From positions 1,986,334-2,050,333 of the forward strand of contig OZ241860.1 of NCBI GenBank assembly GCA_965203195.1: a stretch of DNA of 64,000 nt, read 5' to 3'. This document shows, one piece after another, positions 9,081-17,733 of this stretch. This DNA is from Dehalococcoidia bacterium. Lineage in GTDB: Bacteria > Chloroflexota > Dehalococcoidia > Lucifugimonadales > UBA3495. Below the pieces are notes generated by a model, which did no database searches, was not told the DNA's origin, and saw only the letters and a list, made by a program, of their open reading frames with translations. Position numbers and translations under genes: made by a program. How positions within the stretch are numbered: the first letter of the stretch is position 1; each line of letters opens with the position of its first letter.

Positions 9081-9216
9081 GGTAGCGTTTTGTTGTAGGT
9101 AGTTTGATGTTCCCCGTCATTCCCGCGCAAGCCGGAATCCAGTAGCCTTGCCTGGACTCCGGCTTATGCCGGAGAGGTGGCCGTCCGGCCAAACCACCTG
9201 AAAAGAAACGCTACCG
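9081..9216. repeat. MITE/REP-like hairpin element, copy A
   Basis: Terminal inverted repeats GGTAGCGTTT (9081-9090) and AAACGCTACC (9207-9216). The inner arm is ccaaaccacctg and the palindromic core is gtcattcc...ccggaat. Related copies lie near 15541, 19835 and 35321. Confidence 0.6.
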
Positions 9217-9376
9217 TGATGATTTCGGCTTGATGACCGGGGACGACATCAAGGCCAAGCTCCGTAATGGCTTGCGGTTGCAGGGACAACCAGGTAGCAC
9301 CGGTGTCCACCAGAAACGTGATCTGACGGGACATCAATGGACCATTGATAATACCTTGCGCAAAAGTTACGCCCAT
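9164..9376 (-). pseudogene. truncated retropepsin-like aspartic protease gene
   Basis: 70-aa ORF with FLVDTGATWLSL (DTG motif), only about 60% of the length of the 5620 paralogue. Its 3' end runs into MITE copy A. Confidence 0.45.
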
Positions 9377-9609
9377 ATTTTCCCTCTAATTCTGTTCCAA
9401 TCGCTTGTAACGGCAGTAGTAGCGGAGCTTGCTCCGACCGGGGCTGGCAGGGCAATGAGGTCGCCGTGAGCGCGGCAGGGGCAATGCGGTTGCGGGACAG
9501 GAAAATTGCCGGGGCTGTGCCGGGTGCGACGCCTTGCTGGCGGGGGTTCTGACCGGCTGGCGATGCTGCCCCGGTCAGCATAAGTGACGCCCATAGTATT
9601 GGCCCTTTG

Positions 9610-10035
9610 CTATCCCGTCAATTGCTTGGCGTCGCCAATCGCCAACGCGAAGCGGCTGATGTCGGCAGGGCGATTGCCGGGATAGGTGGGGCGCTTGGGC
9701 GGCCTGGTGTCCAGCCCCATTCCCGAGACCGCCGCCACGGGCAAGGTCAGCCACTTTGAGTCGGGCTGAACCAGGCAGTCAAATTCCGGCGCGGCCGGCC
9801 AGCCGTTGATTGCGCCCGGCGCAACAGCGACGTCCAGCCGGAACGGGGCCAGGCTTACCAGGTGGCTGGCCAGGAACAGAACCTCTATGCCTTCCACTAT
9901 GCCGGTGCGCGGATGAAACCGGGCGACTACCGAATCGCCAATTTCATCCGAATCCTGCTCCCGGTAAGGCGGGCGTATCTCAATGGTGAGAATATCGCCA
10001 ATTCGGTCGTACTGAAATGTCAGGTTCGCCCCCAT
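9610..10035 (-). CDS. DUF2283-like protein (putative antitoxin) with C-terminal extension
   Basis: N-terminus LTFQYDRIGDILTIEIRPPY...ARFHPRTGIVEGIEVL matches the DUF2283 pattern as I recall it. It overlaps the upstream toxin-like gene by 16 nt. Confidence 0.55.
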   Translation of the reverse strand: MGANLTFQYDRIGDILTIEIRPPYREQDSDEIGDSVVARFHPRTGIVEGIEVLFLASHLVSLAPFRLDVAVAPGAINGWPAAPEFDCLVQPDSKWLTLPVAAVSGMGLDTRPPKRPTYPGNRPADISRFALAIGDAKQLTG

Positions 10036-10334
10036 TCCGTTTCTCCTCTCGCTGGCCGGCGCGCGATGCGCGCGGTGATAATCCAGTATCGTGGTCCGTC
10101 ATCAATGACGACCGCGACAACTACGTACTTGCTCAAATCATCGTGCCAGCGCGTGAACAGACGAACTTTCGCGTCGCTTGGACTGATCTGTACGCGGTCA
10201 GGGGCTGTCAGAGTGAGCGCAATGCACCGGCGATGGGCAGGAAGCAAATCGGGATGCCGGTTTCTGATATGCCCTTCCCTCTCGTCGGTAAGTTCGACCG
10301 CGCCGCCCAGGTAGGGGCATTGGAAAAGTTCCAT
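10020..10334 (-). CDS. putative toxin (Barnase/EndoU/RelE-like, H-x3-RHP motif)
   Basis: 104 aa with LTDEREGHIRNRHPDLL followed by APDRV and YVVVAVVID. This layout recalls small nuclease toxins paired with DUF2283. TATAAT lies 23 nt upstream. Confidence 0.4.
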   Translation of the reverse strand: MELFQCPYLGGAVELTDEREGHIRNRHPDLLPAHRRCIALTLTAPDRVQISPSDAKVRLFTRWHDDLSKYVVVAVVIDDGPRYWIITARIARRPARGETEWGRT

Positions 10335-10363
10335 TGCTCCCTCCGCAACCCGTCCTAATTATA

Positions 10364-11608
10364 TCAAACCGGCAGAATGGGCGGCGCATCCTCCGGCAGC
10401 GTGGCGTCCCGCAGGGACAGGTGGCTGCCGTCGGTGAACCAGGGGTGGCGCGGGTTCCGGGAGGGCAGCAGCACCGTTGCCATCCCCGGCGCCGTAACTT
10501 CGCCCCGCTGGTTTTCGGCCCAAATGTCCACATCAACCAGTGGGCTGCCGTTATGCAGATACTTGCGGGCGACGCGACCCCGGCAGAACTGGGTATCGCC
10601 GTACACATTGAACCGGCGCACCTCCACCCGCAGCCGCTTCAGAAAGGCGTCGTCGCCCATCCAGTTCGTCATCAGCGTGCCCAGCCAGGACACCCGCTGC
10701 GGGCCGTAGTCATAGGCGCCCGGTACGCCCACCGCCTCGGCCACGGAGTCGCGCAGATGCCCGATGCCGGTGTATTCCAGCCCGCCGCCGGCTTCCGGGT
10801 TGCGGAAAAAGTGGTCGGGATGGCGCATCGCCTCGCGCAGCAGCACGCCGTGGGCGCTGCTGCGGCCGGTTCCCACCAGGAAGGCGCTGACATCCTGCAA
10901 GGACAGGGGGCCGCGCGCTACGGTGGGCAGTTCCGCGCCGACTTCCGTATCCTCCCAGTAGCGGGGCTGGCCGCCGCGGGCGGTTTCGCGCAGCACCTGC
11001 TCGTCAATGGCGGCCAGTTCCTCCGGGGTGTACTCGTGGCGTTTCGGCACGCCGGCGTACTTGCCCTGTTCCCGGGCGGCGCGGCGCTGGTGGCGGGTGC
11101 ACCAGCCCACCACGCGGGCAACCACCTCATCCCGCTGGTTGGAGTAGATGGTTTCCACATACTGGATGACCAGCCGGCCGGAGTAGGCGCTGCGCTTTTC
11201 CTGCACATCCAGCACCCGCTCCACGCAGTTGACGGCGTCGCCGGGGCGCAGGACGCGGAAAAATTCCCAGTCGTTGCCCGCGAAAAAGCCGTGCACGCCG
11301 GGCAGTCCCCAGCGGGTGCGGCCCGACCAGTGGCGCATATAGGGCGCGCAGGGGTGGCCGATGACGCTGCCGTACTTGGAATAGGCGGCATATTCCTGGT
11401 CGCGGAACAGTGGGTTGGCGTCGCCAATGCCGTTGACGAAGTTGAGCATCGTATCCAGGTTGGCCTGGCGCACGTACTGTTCGGTGCGCATTCGCACGCC
11501 GATCATCGCTTGGGCGGCGGCGATGGCCTCGTCGGAGATGCCGTCGGCCACTTCGGGCAGCGTGTCGGCGACCTGCCGGCGAGTGTCGGTGTCCTGCTGC
11601 TGGGTCAT
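10364..11608 (-). CDS. MaoC/FAS1-like double hot-dog (de)hydratase
   Basis: 414 aa. The N-terminal half has ...FVNGIGDANPLFRD... and the C-terminal half has ...GAYDYGPQRVSWLGTLMTNWMGDDAFLKRL.... This is typical of N-terminal-MaoC dehydratase pairs. Confidence 0.65.
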   Translation of the reverse strand: MTQQQDTDTRRQVADTLPEVADGISDEAIAAAQAMIGVRMRTEQYVRQANLDTMLNFVNGIGDANPLFRDQEYAAYSKYGSVIGHPCAPYMRHWSGRTRWGLPGVHGFFAGNDWEFFRVLRPGDAVNCVERVLDVQEKRSAYSGRLVIQYVETIYSNQRDEVVARVVGWCTRHQRRAAREQGKYAGVPKRHEYTPEELAAIDEQVLRETARGGQPRYWEDTEVGAELPTVARGPLSLQDVSAFLVGTGRSSAHGVLLREAMRHPDHFFRNPEAGGGLEYTGIGHLRDSVAEAVGVPGAYDYGPQRVSWLGTLMTNWMGDDAFLKRLRVEVRRFNVYGDTQFCRGRVARKYLHNGSPLVDVDIWAENQRGEVTAPGMATVLLPSRNPRHPWFTDGSHLSLRDATLPEDAPPILPV

Positions 11609-11964
11609 AGGGTTATTCCTCTGGTGGGGCCGGCGCCGGCCGGGTTCGGGGATGGGCGGGCCGTCAGTATAATATAAATAGTCGGAACGATGGCGGTTCG
11701 GGCGCTGTCAGGAGCTTGCCGCCGGCCGCCGCCGTCGCAATGCCATATTCCGCAGCAGCGCCCATTGCCGGCGTTGCCAGCGCGGCGTTGCCGACACGCC
11801 CCGGGGGGCTTTGCCATCTACCGGGCCGGCAGCCTCAAAGCTGCCCGTCCCCGCAGTTAACGCCTGACGCCGGCGACGCGACTGAACCGGCTGCGGCAAT
11901 GCGGGCCGTAGCCTCAATCGCCTCCCGGTTTAATCGCCTTCCGGTCAGGCCGTATGCGCTGCGG

Positions 11965-12393
11965 CTAGCGCCCCGCCATCAGCCGCTCCGGCAGTTGATA
12001 CCAGAACACCTTGCCGGATTCAATCGTCGCGGCGATTTCCCAATCCTGGCGGATGCCGGCGATGGCGGCCAAGGCCGGCTTTCCGGTGAAACGGGTCATA
12101 TAGCCGGCGTTGCGTATGGCGCGGCGCGTATCCCGTTCGTCGACGGTGTACGATGACTCAACGGCCACATAGACCGTTTCGCCATCCCCGTTGCGGGCTT
12201 CCATAATCAGGTCGGCCAGCAGGAAACTTTCCAGCTCGTTGTGGGATATGCCGGACAGATCCCGGCCCGTGATCAGGGCCGACAAATCCGGGCCGCTGAG
12301 ATTTCCGGCGAAGGACAGCCCCATTTTAAAGGCAATGACGGGGGCTACCCGATACGCCAGGCTATCAATTGCCAAACTGGTGAGCATTCCCAT
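11965..12393 (-). CDS. PD-(D/E)XK-like C-terminal module of a split or pseudogenised coiled-coil nuclease-like gene
   Basis: 142 aa with LLADLIMEARNGDGETVYVAVESSYTVDERDTRRAIRNAGYM...PALAAIAG. It lies in the same frame as ORF 12529-12705, separated by two stop codons. Confidence 0.5.
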   Translation of the reverse strand: MGMLTSLAIDSLAYRVAPVIAFKMGLSFAGNLSGPDLSALITGRDLSGISHNELESFLLADLIMEARNGDGETVYVAVESSYTVDERDTRRAIRNAGYMTRFTGKPALAAIAGIRQDWEIAATIESGKVFWYQLPERLMAGR

Positions 12394-12528
12394 ATCAACT
12401 CAACCTGCATCCGTTCCAGCCGGCGGCCAAACTGGTCCATCACAGGCAACCGCTTCCTGGACAGACACATTGAAAGCCCGGGTCATTTCGGCAACCTGCT
12501 CCATAAGCCGAGCAACGCGTTCCGCAAG

Positions 12529-12705
12529 TTAGTCAGCGCGCTCCGCAATCCGGTCCACGCGCAAGGACAGGTTGGCCACAATTTGCGGCAGTTCCCGCAC
12601 TTCCCGCGTCAGCACGCGGGAGCGCACCGCCTCCAGCAGACGCGGGTTTTCGTCCAGCGTCTGCATCAGGCGTTCTACCGCGCGTATGTCGTCAATGGTA
12701 GTCAT
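12529..12705 (-). CDS. 58-aa coiled-coil ORF (N-terminal module of the same split gene)
   Basis: ATG 12705 ... TAA 12531-12529. The product is MTTIDDIRAVERLMQTLDENPRLLEAVRSRVLTREVRELPQIVANLSLRVDRIAERAD. TATAAT lies 73 nt upstream. Confidence 0.4.
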   Translation of the reverse strand: MTTIDDIRAVERLMQTLDENPRLLEAVRSRVLTREVRELPQIVANLSLRVDRIAERAD

Positions 12706-12829
12706 CGGCGCGCTCCAAGCGTGATGGGATGTGTCCGGTTCAATCGGCGTCCGGTTCAGTTGGCGTCCGTCCGGTTCAATTATAGCAGATCGGATTGCCG
12801 CCGAACTGGACGGGGCGGGGGGATGTTCG

Positions 12830-14356
12830 CTAAATGTCTTTCAGGGCCAGCGCGTCCGCCCCCGCGCTGCTGCCGGCCAGCCTGCCGAGCACCATTCCCG
12901 CGCTCAATCCGCTGCCGCCGGGGTAGTTGTGGTAGAACAGGCCGCCCACCATTTCGCCGGCGGCATACAGGCCGGGGATGGGATCCTGGGCGTTGGTGAC
13001 CACCTGGCCCCGGTTGTTGACCTTGACGCCGCCAAAGGTAAAGGTGATGCCGGTAGTCACCGCCCAGCCGCGATAGGGGGGCGTGTCCAGGGTTTGCGCC
13101 CAGTTGGTCTTGTTGACGGCCAGGCCCTCGGTGCCGCGCCCGTCCTTGACCGTGGGGTTGTACTCAATATCGGCGCGGACGGCGGCGTTGTATTCGGCCA
13201 CGGTGCGTTCCAGCCCGTCGGGGTCAATGTCCAGCATCCGCGCCAGTTCGGCAATGGAGTTGGCTTCGGCGGTGGTAGCCTGGGGGATCCAGTATTCGTC
13301 CCGCAGCAGGTGTTTCACCTTTTCGTCGAAAATCTGGAAGGCCAGGCCCTGGGGCTGGGTCATCAGGGCGCGTCCGTAGGTGACATAAGTGTAGTTGCGG
13401 AAATCGGCGCCCTCGTCCAGGAAGCGCTCGCCGTTGACATTGACGATGAGGCCGAAGGGGTAGGAATGTTTCTGGAACAGTTCGGTTACGGCGCGGTCGC
13501 CGAAGGCGGGGGCATTCATGTCCCAGGCCACGGCGTGGCAGGATGACCAGTGTCCGTAGGATTGGGCGCCTACGTCCAGCGCCATTCTGATGCCGTCGCC
13601 GGTGTTGTAGGGAATGCCGCGCACCTTGACGGTTTCCCAGCCGGGTCCCAGGTAGCGGCAGCGCATTTCGGCGTTGGCCTCAAAGCCCCCGGCGGCCAGG
13701 ACGACGGCCCGCGCCGGGATGTCCTCAAAGCCGTCGGGGCCCTTGACCCGCAGGCCGGCGACATTGCCGCGCTGGTCCTGGATCAGGGAAACGCCCTCGG
13801 TGGCGTAGCGGACGGCCACGCCCATCTTTTCACAGACTTCAAACTGCTGGTCGGAGAGGCCCTTGCCGGCGCCCACGGCCTCCACCACCAGGCCGCCCCA
13901 GAAGCGGAACTTGTCGCCGTCGCGGAACGCCTGCCGCCCGAAGGAGAGGACGAAGCGGACGCCGTGTTCTTGCAACCACTTCATGGTGGGGTAGGACTGG
14001 CTGACCAGGATTTCGGCCAGCTCGGGGTCGGAAAGGCCGTGGGTGACCCGCATCAGGTCGTCGTAGAACTGGTTTTCGGTGTACTGGCCGACTTCGATGG
14101 AATTGGCTTCGGTTTCCGACAGGTCGGGGATGAGACCCCTGATGTCGTCCAGTCCGTTGTAGGCGAAGCGGATGATGCCGCCGGTGAAGTAGGTGTTGCC
14201 GCCGCGGAAGTATTCGGGGGCTTTTTCGATGACCAGTACGGATTGGGTTTGCTCGCGGGCGGCGATGGCGGCGGAGAGGGCGGCGTTGCCGGCGCCCACC
14301 ACGATGACATCGTAGGGATTGCCGGCAGAGGCGTTGTCGCTGGTAGCAGTAGGCAA
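12830..14356 (-). CDS. FAD-binding dehydrogenase (fumarate reductase flavoprotein / TcuA-like)
   Basis: Dinucleotide-binding motif YDVIVVGAGNAALSAAIAA, then RGGNTYFTGG, and C-terminal GLYAAGEMVGG. The start is uncertain. TTG 14356 has GAGGTG upstream and GTG 14365 is an alternative. The track start 14548 gives an Arg/Pro-rich leader. Confidence 0.8.
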   Translation of the reverse strand: MPTATSDNASAGNPYDVIVVGAGNAALSAAIAAREQTQSVLVIEKAPEYFRGGNTYFTGGIIRFAYNGLDDIRGLIPDLSETEANSIEVGQYTENQFYDDLMRVTHGLSDPELAEILVSQSYPTMKWLQEHGVRFVLSFGRQAFRDGDKFRFWGGLVVEAVGAGKGLSDQQFEVCEKMGVAVRYATEGVSLIQDQRGNVAGLRVKGPDGFEDIPARAVVLAAGGFEANAEMRCRYLGPGWETVKVRGIPYNTGDGIRMALDVGAQSYGHWSSCHAVAWDMNAPAFGDRAVTELFQKHSYPFGLIVNVNGERFLDEGADFRNYTYVTYGRALMTQPQGLAFQIFDEKVKHLLRDEYWIPQATTAEANSIAELARMLDIDPDGLERTVAEYNAAVRADIEYNPTVKDGRGTEGLAVNKTNWAQTLDTPPYRGWAVTTGITFTFGGVKVNNRGQVVTNAQDPIPGLYAAGEMVGGLFYHNYPGGSGLSAGMVLGRLAGSSAGADALALKDI

Positions 14357-14580
14357 GGGAGGCACCTCACTGGGCAGGATGATGGCCGCGCGGCCGGGCC
14401 GGCAGCGGGGCATACGCGCTGCCGGCGCCGGCCGGGGCGGAAATTTTGCCCCCCGATGATACCATAGCAGGGGCGCGCCATTTTTTGATACCATTTGATG
14501 CCGGTACGATATTTGCCCCGGCACAAAGGGGCGCGGAACCGCCACCATTGGCGGGACGATGACAGCGTGGAGACGCCGCC

Positions 14581-15483
14581 ATGGCTCGGTTGGAAAACGC
14601 GCCGGCGCAAGGAACGCCCGGGCGAGATATGCGGGCTTGGGAAGTGGCGCGCCTGATCAGCGAATATGTCGCGCCGGCCACAACCATCCTGTTCGGCTCC
14701 CGGGCCAAAGGCGCCTGGCACGAACTCTCGGACATCGACATCGCCATCATCCATGACGGCACGGCAGACGAAGCGGCGCTGGAAACGGCCTGCCTGGCGC
14801 TGGGCAAAAGCATTGTGCGGCGGCTCTATGACCAGCCCGTTGCCCTGGAACTGGTTATTGAAAGCGAGGCGGTCTTTGACTACTACCGCAAGGCGCGCAA
14901 CAGCCTACAGCGCAGCATTGCCGTTGAAGGGACGGTTATGGGAAACGGAACCACCGGCTATGAACCGGACGCCGCGATTGAACCGGACGAATGGCCTGAA
15001 ACCGCGCTGCGGCTGAGGGACGCGCAGGAATATCTGCAAGCGCTGGAGGACGCTGTAACCCTGAACCGGGGGGAACGCATCATCGGGGTGAACGCCCACC
15101 AGGCGCTGGAACACGCCCTGAAAGCGGTGGCGTCCGCCGCGCAGCTGGAGTACCGGGAACATCGCACGCACGACCTGGAAACGCTGACGCGCATCGTTGC
15201 CGAACTGATAGATGACGACTTGCTGGACTTCGATTTGGAAATGCCGGCATATATCCGCTGGTTCGCCCAATTCGCGGGCACGCGCCGCTACCGGGCCACC
15301 AGCAGGGGCGTGGCGGATCGGCAGCGACTGATGGCAAGCGTACGCAATGCGGTGCACCGGCTGACCGAACTGGCCCTAACCGCCAGCGGAAAAACGCGGG
15401 CCGACATAGATGCCGCCACAATGCCGCCGATTCCACCCAACGAGCGCGTGGAATGGGCAGAGGACGACCGGGAGCGCTACTGA
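14581..15483 (+). CDS. single-chain nucleotidyltransferase (MNT)-HEPN fusion protein
   Basis: NTase motif ILFGSRAKG...LSDIDIAII in the N-terminal half. HEPN-like AHQALEHALKAV...YREHRTHDL (R-x4-H) in the C-terminal half. ATG 14629 is an alternative start. Confidence 0.7.
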   Translation: MARLENAPAQGTPGRDMRAWEVARLISEYVAPATTILFGSRAKGAWHELSDIDIAIIHDGTADEAALETACLALGKSIVRRLYDQPVALELVIESEAVFDYYRKARNSLQRSIAVEGTVMGNGTTGYEPDAAIEPDEWPETALRLRDAQEYLQALEDAVTLNRGERIIGVNAHQALEHALKAVASAAQLEYREHRTHDLETLTRIVAELIDDDLLDFDLEMPAYIRWFAQFAGTRRYRATSRGVADRQRLMASVRNAVHRLTELALTASGKTRADIDAATMPPIPPNERVEWAEDDRERY

Positions 15484-15540
15484 CGGGCCGGTGAAACAAG
15501 ACTGGCCAGCGCCGGGAGCAGAGCGACTTCCATAGCTGCC

Positions 15541-15608
15541 GCATCCCGTATTCCGGCGCCGGCCGGAATGACGGGCAAAGATCAAACCGCCCGAATGGAA
15601 ACGATACC
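15541..15608. repeat. MITE/REP-like element, copy B (partial)
   Basis: Core catcccgtattccggcgccggccggaatgacgg, plus the arm gatcaaaccgcccgaatggaaacgatacc, which is related to copies A and D. Confidence 0.45.
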
Positions 15609-15739
15609 ACCAGGGTAGCGGCGCGCATTGAAACGGTGGCTTTCTGTGTATAGAATTAGCCGGGTTTTGCGGGCAATCCGATGATGCCGCTTTGCCCGTA
15701 TGATAGCGTACCAGACCAGAAAGCTCACCGGAGGATTTT

Positions 15740-17623
15740 ATGTTCCGCAGTTCGTTTCGTCTGCCGGCAATGCTGGCCGTCCTGGCGGTGGCGGCGGTGC
15801 TCATTGCCTGCGGCGGAAGCGGCGCCCCGGCGTCGTCCGTGCCCGCGGCGGCCGCCACGGCCGCGCCGGCGGTAGCCGGCATCGCCGCGGCGCCGGAGGG
15901 CGCCGCCAGCGCGGCGACGACAACGCCGGCCGCCCAGACCGCCGGCGCCGGCAGCGGCGCCGCCATCGCGGCCGCCACCGCCGTTCCGACTGCCGCCGCG
16001 GCCGCGGCCGGCGCTTCGCCGGCAACAGCGCCGGCAATGAGCGCCGCCGCCGTCCCCGGCGGCGAAAGCTGCGGCATCGCCTCCGCAGACCTCACTTTTG
16101 ACGACCGGCCCCCGCAAGGCGGCACGCTGGTGCGGCTCTCTTCCGACCCCCCTACCCTGGACCCGCATCTGACGGGCGATGTCACCTCCAGCGCCATTGT
16201 GCATGAGGTGTTCGGCGGGCTGGTTACGCTGGGGTTGGACTACCAGCCGGCGCTGGATCTGGCCGAAAGCTGCGTGGTCAGCGGCGACGGCGTGGTGTAC
16301 ACCTTCACGCTGCGGGAAAACGCCCGGTTCCACAACGGGCGGCCCGTTACGGCGCAGGATGTGAAGTGGTCCATTGAGCGCGCCGCCGACCCCGCTACCC
16401 TGTCCAACAACGCCCAGAACTACCTGGGCGACATCCTGGGCGTAGTGGAGAAGCTCAACGGAAACGCCAGCGAAGTCAGCGGCGTGCGCGTGATTGACGA
16501 CCGCACCATTGAGCTGACCATTGACGCGCCCAAAGCCTACTTCCTCGCCAAGCTTTCCTACCCCACCGCCTTTGTCCTGGACCGGGAGCAGGTGTCGGAC
16601 GACGATTCGTGGCTGGATCAGCCCAACGGCACCGGCCCCTTCCGGCTGGGCACTTACGACATTGGCGAGCTGATTATCCTGGAACGGAACGAACTGTATC
16701 ATCTGGGGCCGCCGCACGTAGCCAGCGTGCATATGATTTTGCGGGGCGGCACGGCGATGATTATGTACGAAAACGACGAAATTCATGTGACCGGCGTGGG
16801 GCTGGACGACCTGCCCCGTCTGCTGGATCCCAATGACCCGCTGAACCCGGAGCTGAATCGCTCGCCGCAGGACTTTGATGTGTTCTACATTGGCCTCAAT
16901 GTGGATGTGCCGCCCTTTGACGATGTCAAGGTGCGGCAGGCGATGAACTACGCCATTGACCTGGAGGCCATTGCCGAGAATGTGCTGGACGGGCGCGTTT
17001 CGCCGGCGCGGGGCGTCATTCCGCCGGGGTTTCCCTCCTACAACGAAAACCTGACGGGCTACAGCTATGACCCCGACCGGGCGCGGCAGCTGCTGCAAGA
17101 ATCCGGCTACGGGGACGCGATGGCGGCGGGCGATTTCCCCCGGGTCACATTGAGCATTTCCGGCAGTTTCGGCGCCGCCATCCCCTCTTATCTGGAGGTA
17201 ATGCTGGAACAATGGCGGCAGGAGCTGGGCATTGAAATTGACATCCAGCAGACGGAATGGGCCACCTTCTTGCAGGATGTGAACGACCGCGAGTATCAGA
17301 TGTTTGTCCTGGGCTGGGTGGCGGACTATCCCGACCCAGAGAATTTTTTGGATCTGCTGTTCCGCACGGGCAGCCAGAACAACAACACCAACTACTCCAA
17401 CCCTGAGGTGGACCGGCTGCTGGCCGAGGCGGCGGTGGAACTGGACCGGGAAAGGCGCTTTGAAATCTACAACCGGGTGGAGCAGATGGTGCTGGACGAG
17501 GCCCCCTGGGTGTGGACCTGGTTCAGCGGCGAGGGCTACGCGCTCATCAAGCCGCAGGTGTCGGACTACTTCCTGTTGCAGATGAGCATCCCCAAGTACC
17601 GCTACATCTACTTTAACCAGTAG
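15740..17623 (+). CDS. ABC transporter substrate-binding lipoprotein, peptide/nickel (family 5) type
   Basis: Signal peptide with lipobox (LAVAAVLIACGG), an Ala/Pro-rich linker, then a family-5 SBP body (...YTFTLRENARFHNGRPVTAQDV...). GGAGG lies upstream. Confidence 0.85.
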   Translation: MFRSSFRLPAMLAVLAVAAVLIACGGSGAPASSVPAAAATAAPAVAGIAAAPEGAASAATTTPAAQTAGAGSGAAIAAATAVPTAAAAAAGASPATAPAMSAAAVPGGESCGIASADLTFDDRPPQGGTLVRLSSDPPTLDPHLTGDVTSSAIVHEVFGGLVTLGLDYQPALDLAESCVVSGDGVVYTFTLRENARFHNGRPVTAQDVKWSIERAADPATLSNNAQNYLGDILGVVEKLNGNASEVSGVRVIDDRTIELTIDAPKAYFLAKLSYPTAFVLDREQVSDDDSWLDQPNGTGPFRLGTYDIGELIILERNELYHLGPPHVASVHMILRGGTAMIMYENDEIHVTGVGLDDLPRLLDPNDPLNPELNRSPQDFDVFYIGLNVDVPPFDDVKVRQAMNYAIDLEAIAENVLDGRVSPARGVIPPGFPSYNENLTGYSYDPDRARQLLQESGYGDAMAAGDFPRVTLSISGSFGAAIPSYLEVMLEQWRQELGIEIDIQQTEWATFLQDVNDREYQMFVLGWVADYPDPENFLDLLFRTGSQNNNTNYSNPEVDRLLAEAAVELDRERRFEIYNRVEQMVLDEAPWVWTWFSGEGYALIKPQVSDYFLLQMSIPKYRYIYFNQ

Positions 17624-17733
17624 CGGGGGCGGAGACGCGGCGCCGGGGCGGGCCACCCGCCGGTTCGCCCCGGCGCCGCAATCCGATTGGCGATAAAGCG
17701 ACCAGGCGACAAGCGGAGGCCGAGGCCGGAGAT

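Noticed and set aside
9367-9594. 75-aa ORF starting MGVTYAD
   Set aside because: Only the first about 6 residues resemble the neighbouring retropepsin-like gene start, and the rest is Arg/Pro/Ala-rich. It is probably a scrap of a duplicated 5' end rather than a gene.
10334-11677. 447-aa plus-strand ORF
   Set aside because: It is antisense to the MaoC-like dehydratase gene, which has a coherent domain structure.
15725-17656. 643-aa minus-strand ORF
   Set aside because: It is antisense to a well-supported ABC substrate-binding protein gene, and its composition (Gly/Arg/Ala/Pro/His-rich) is typical of GC-rich shadow frames.
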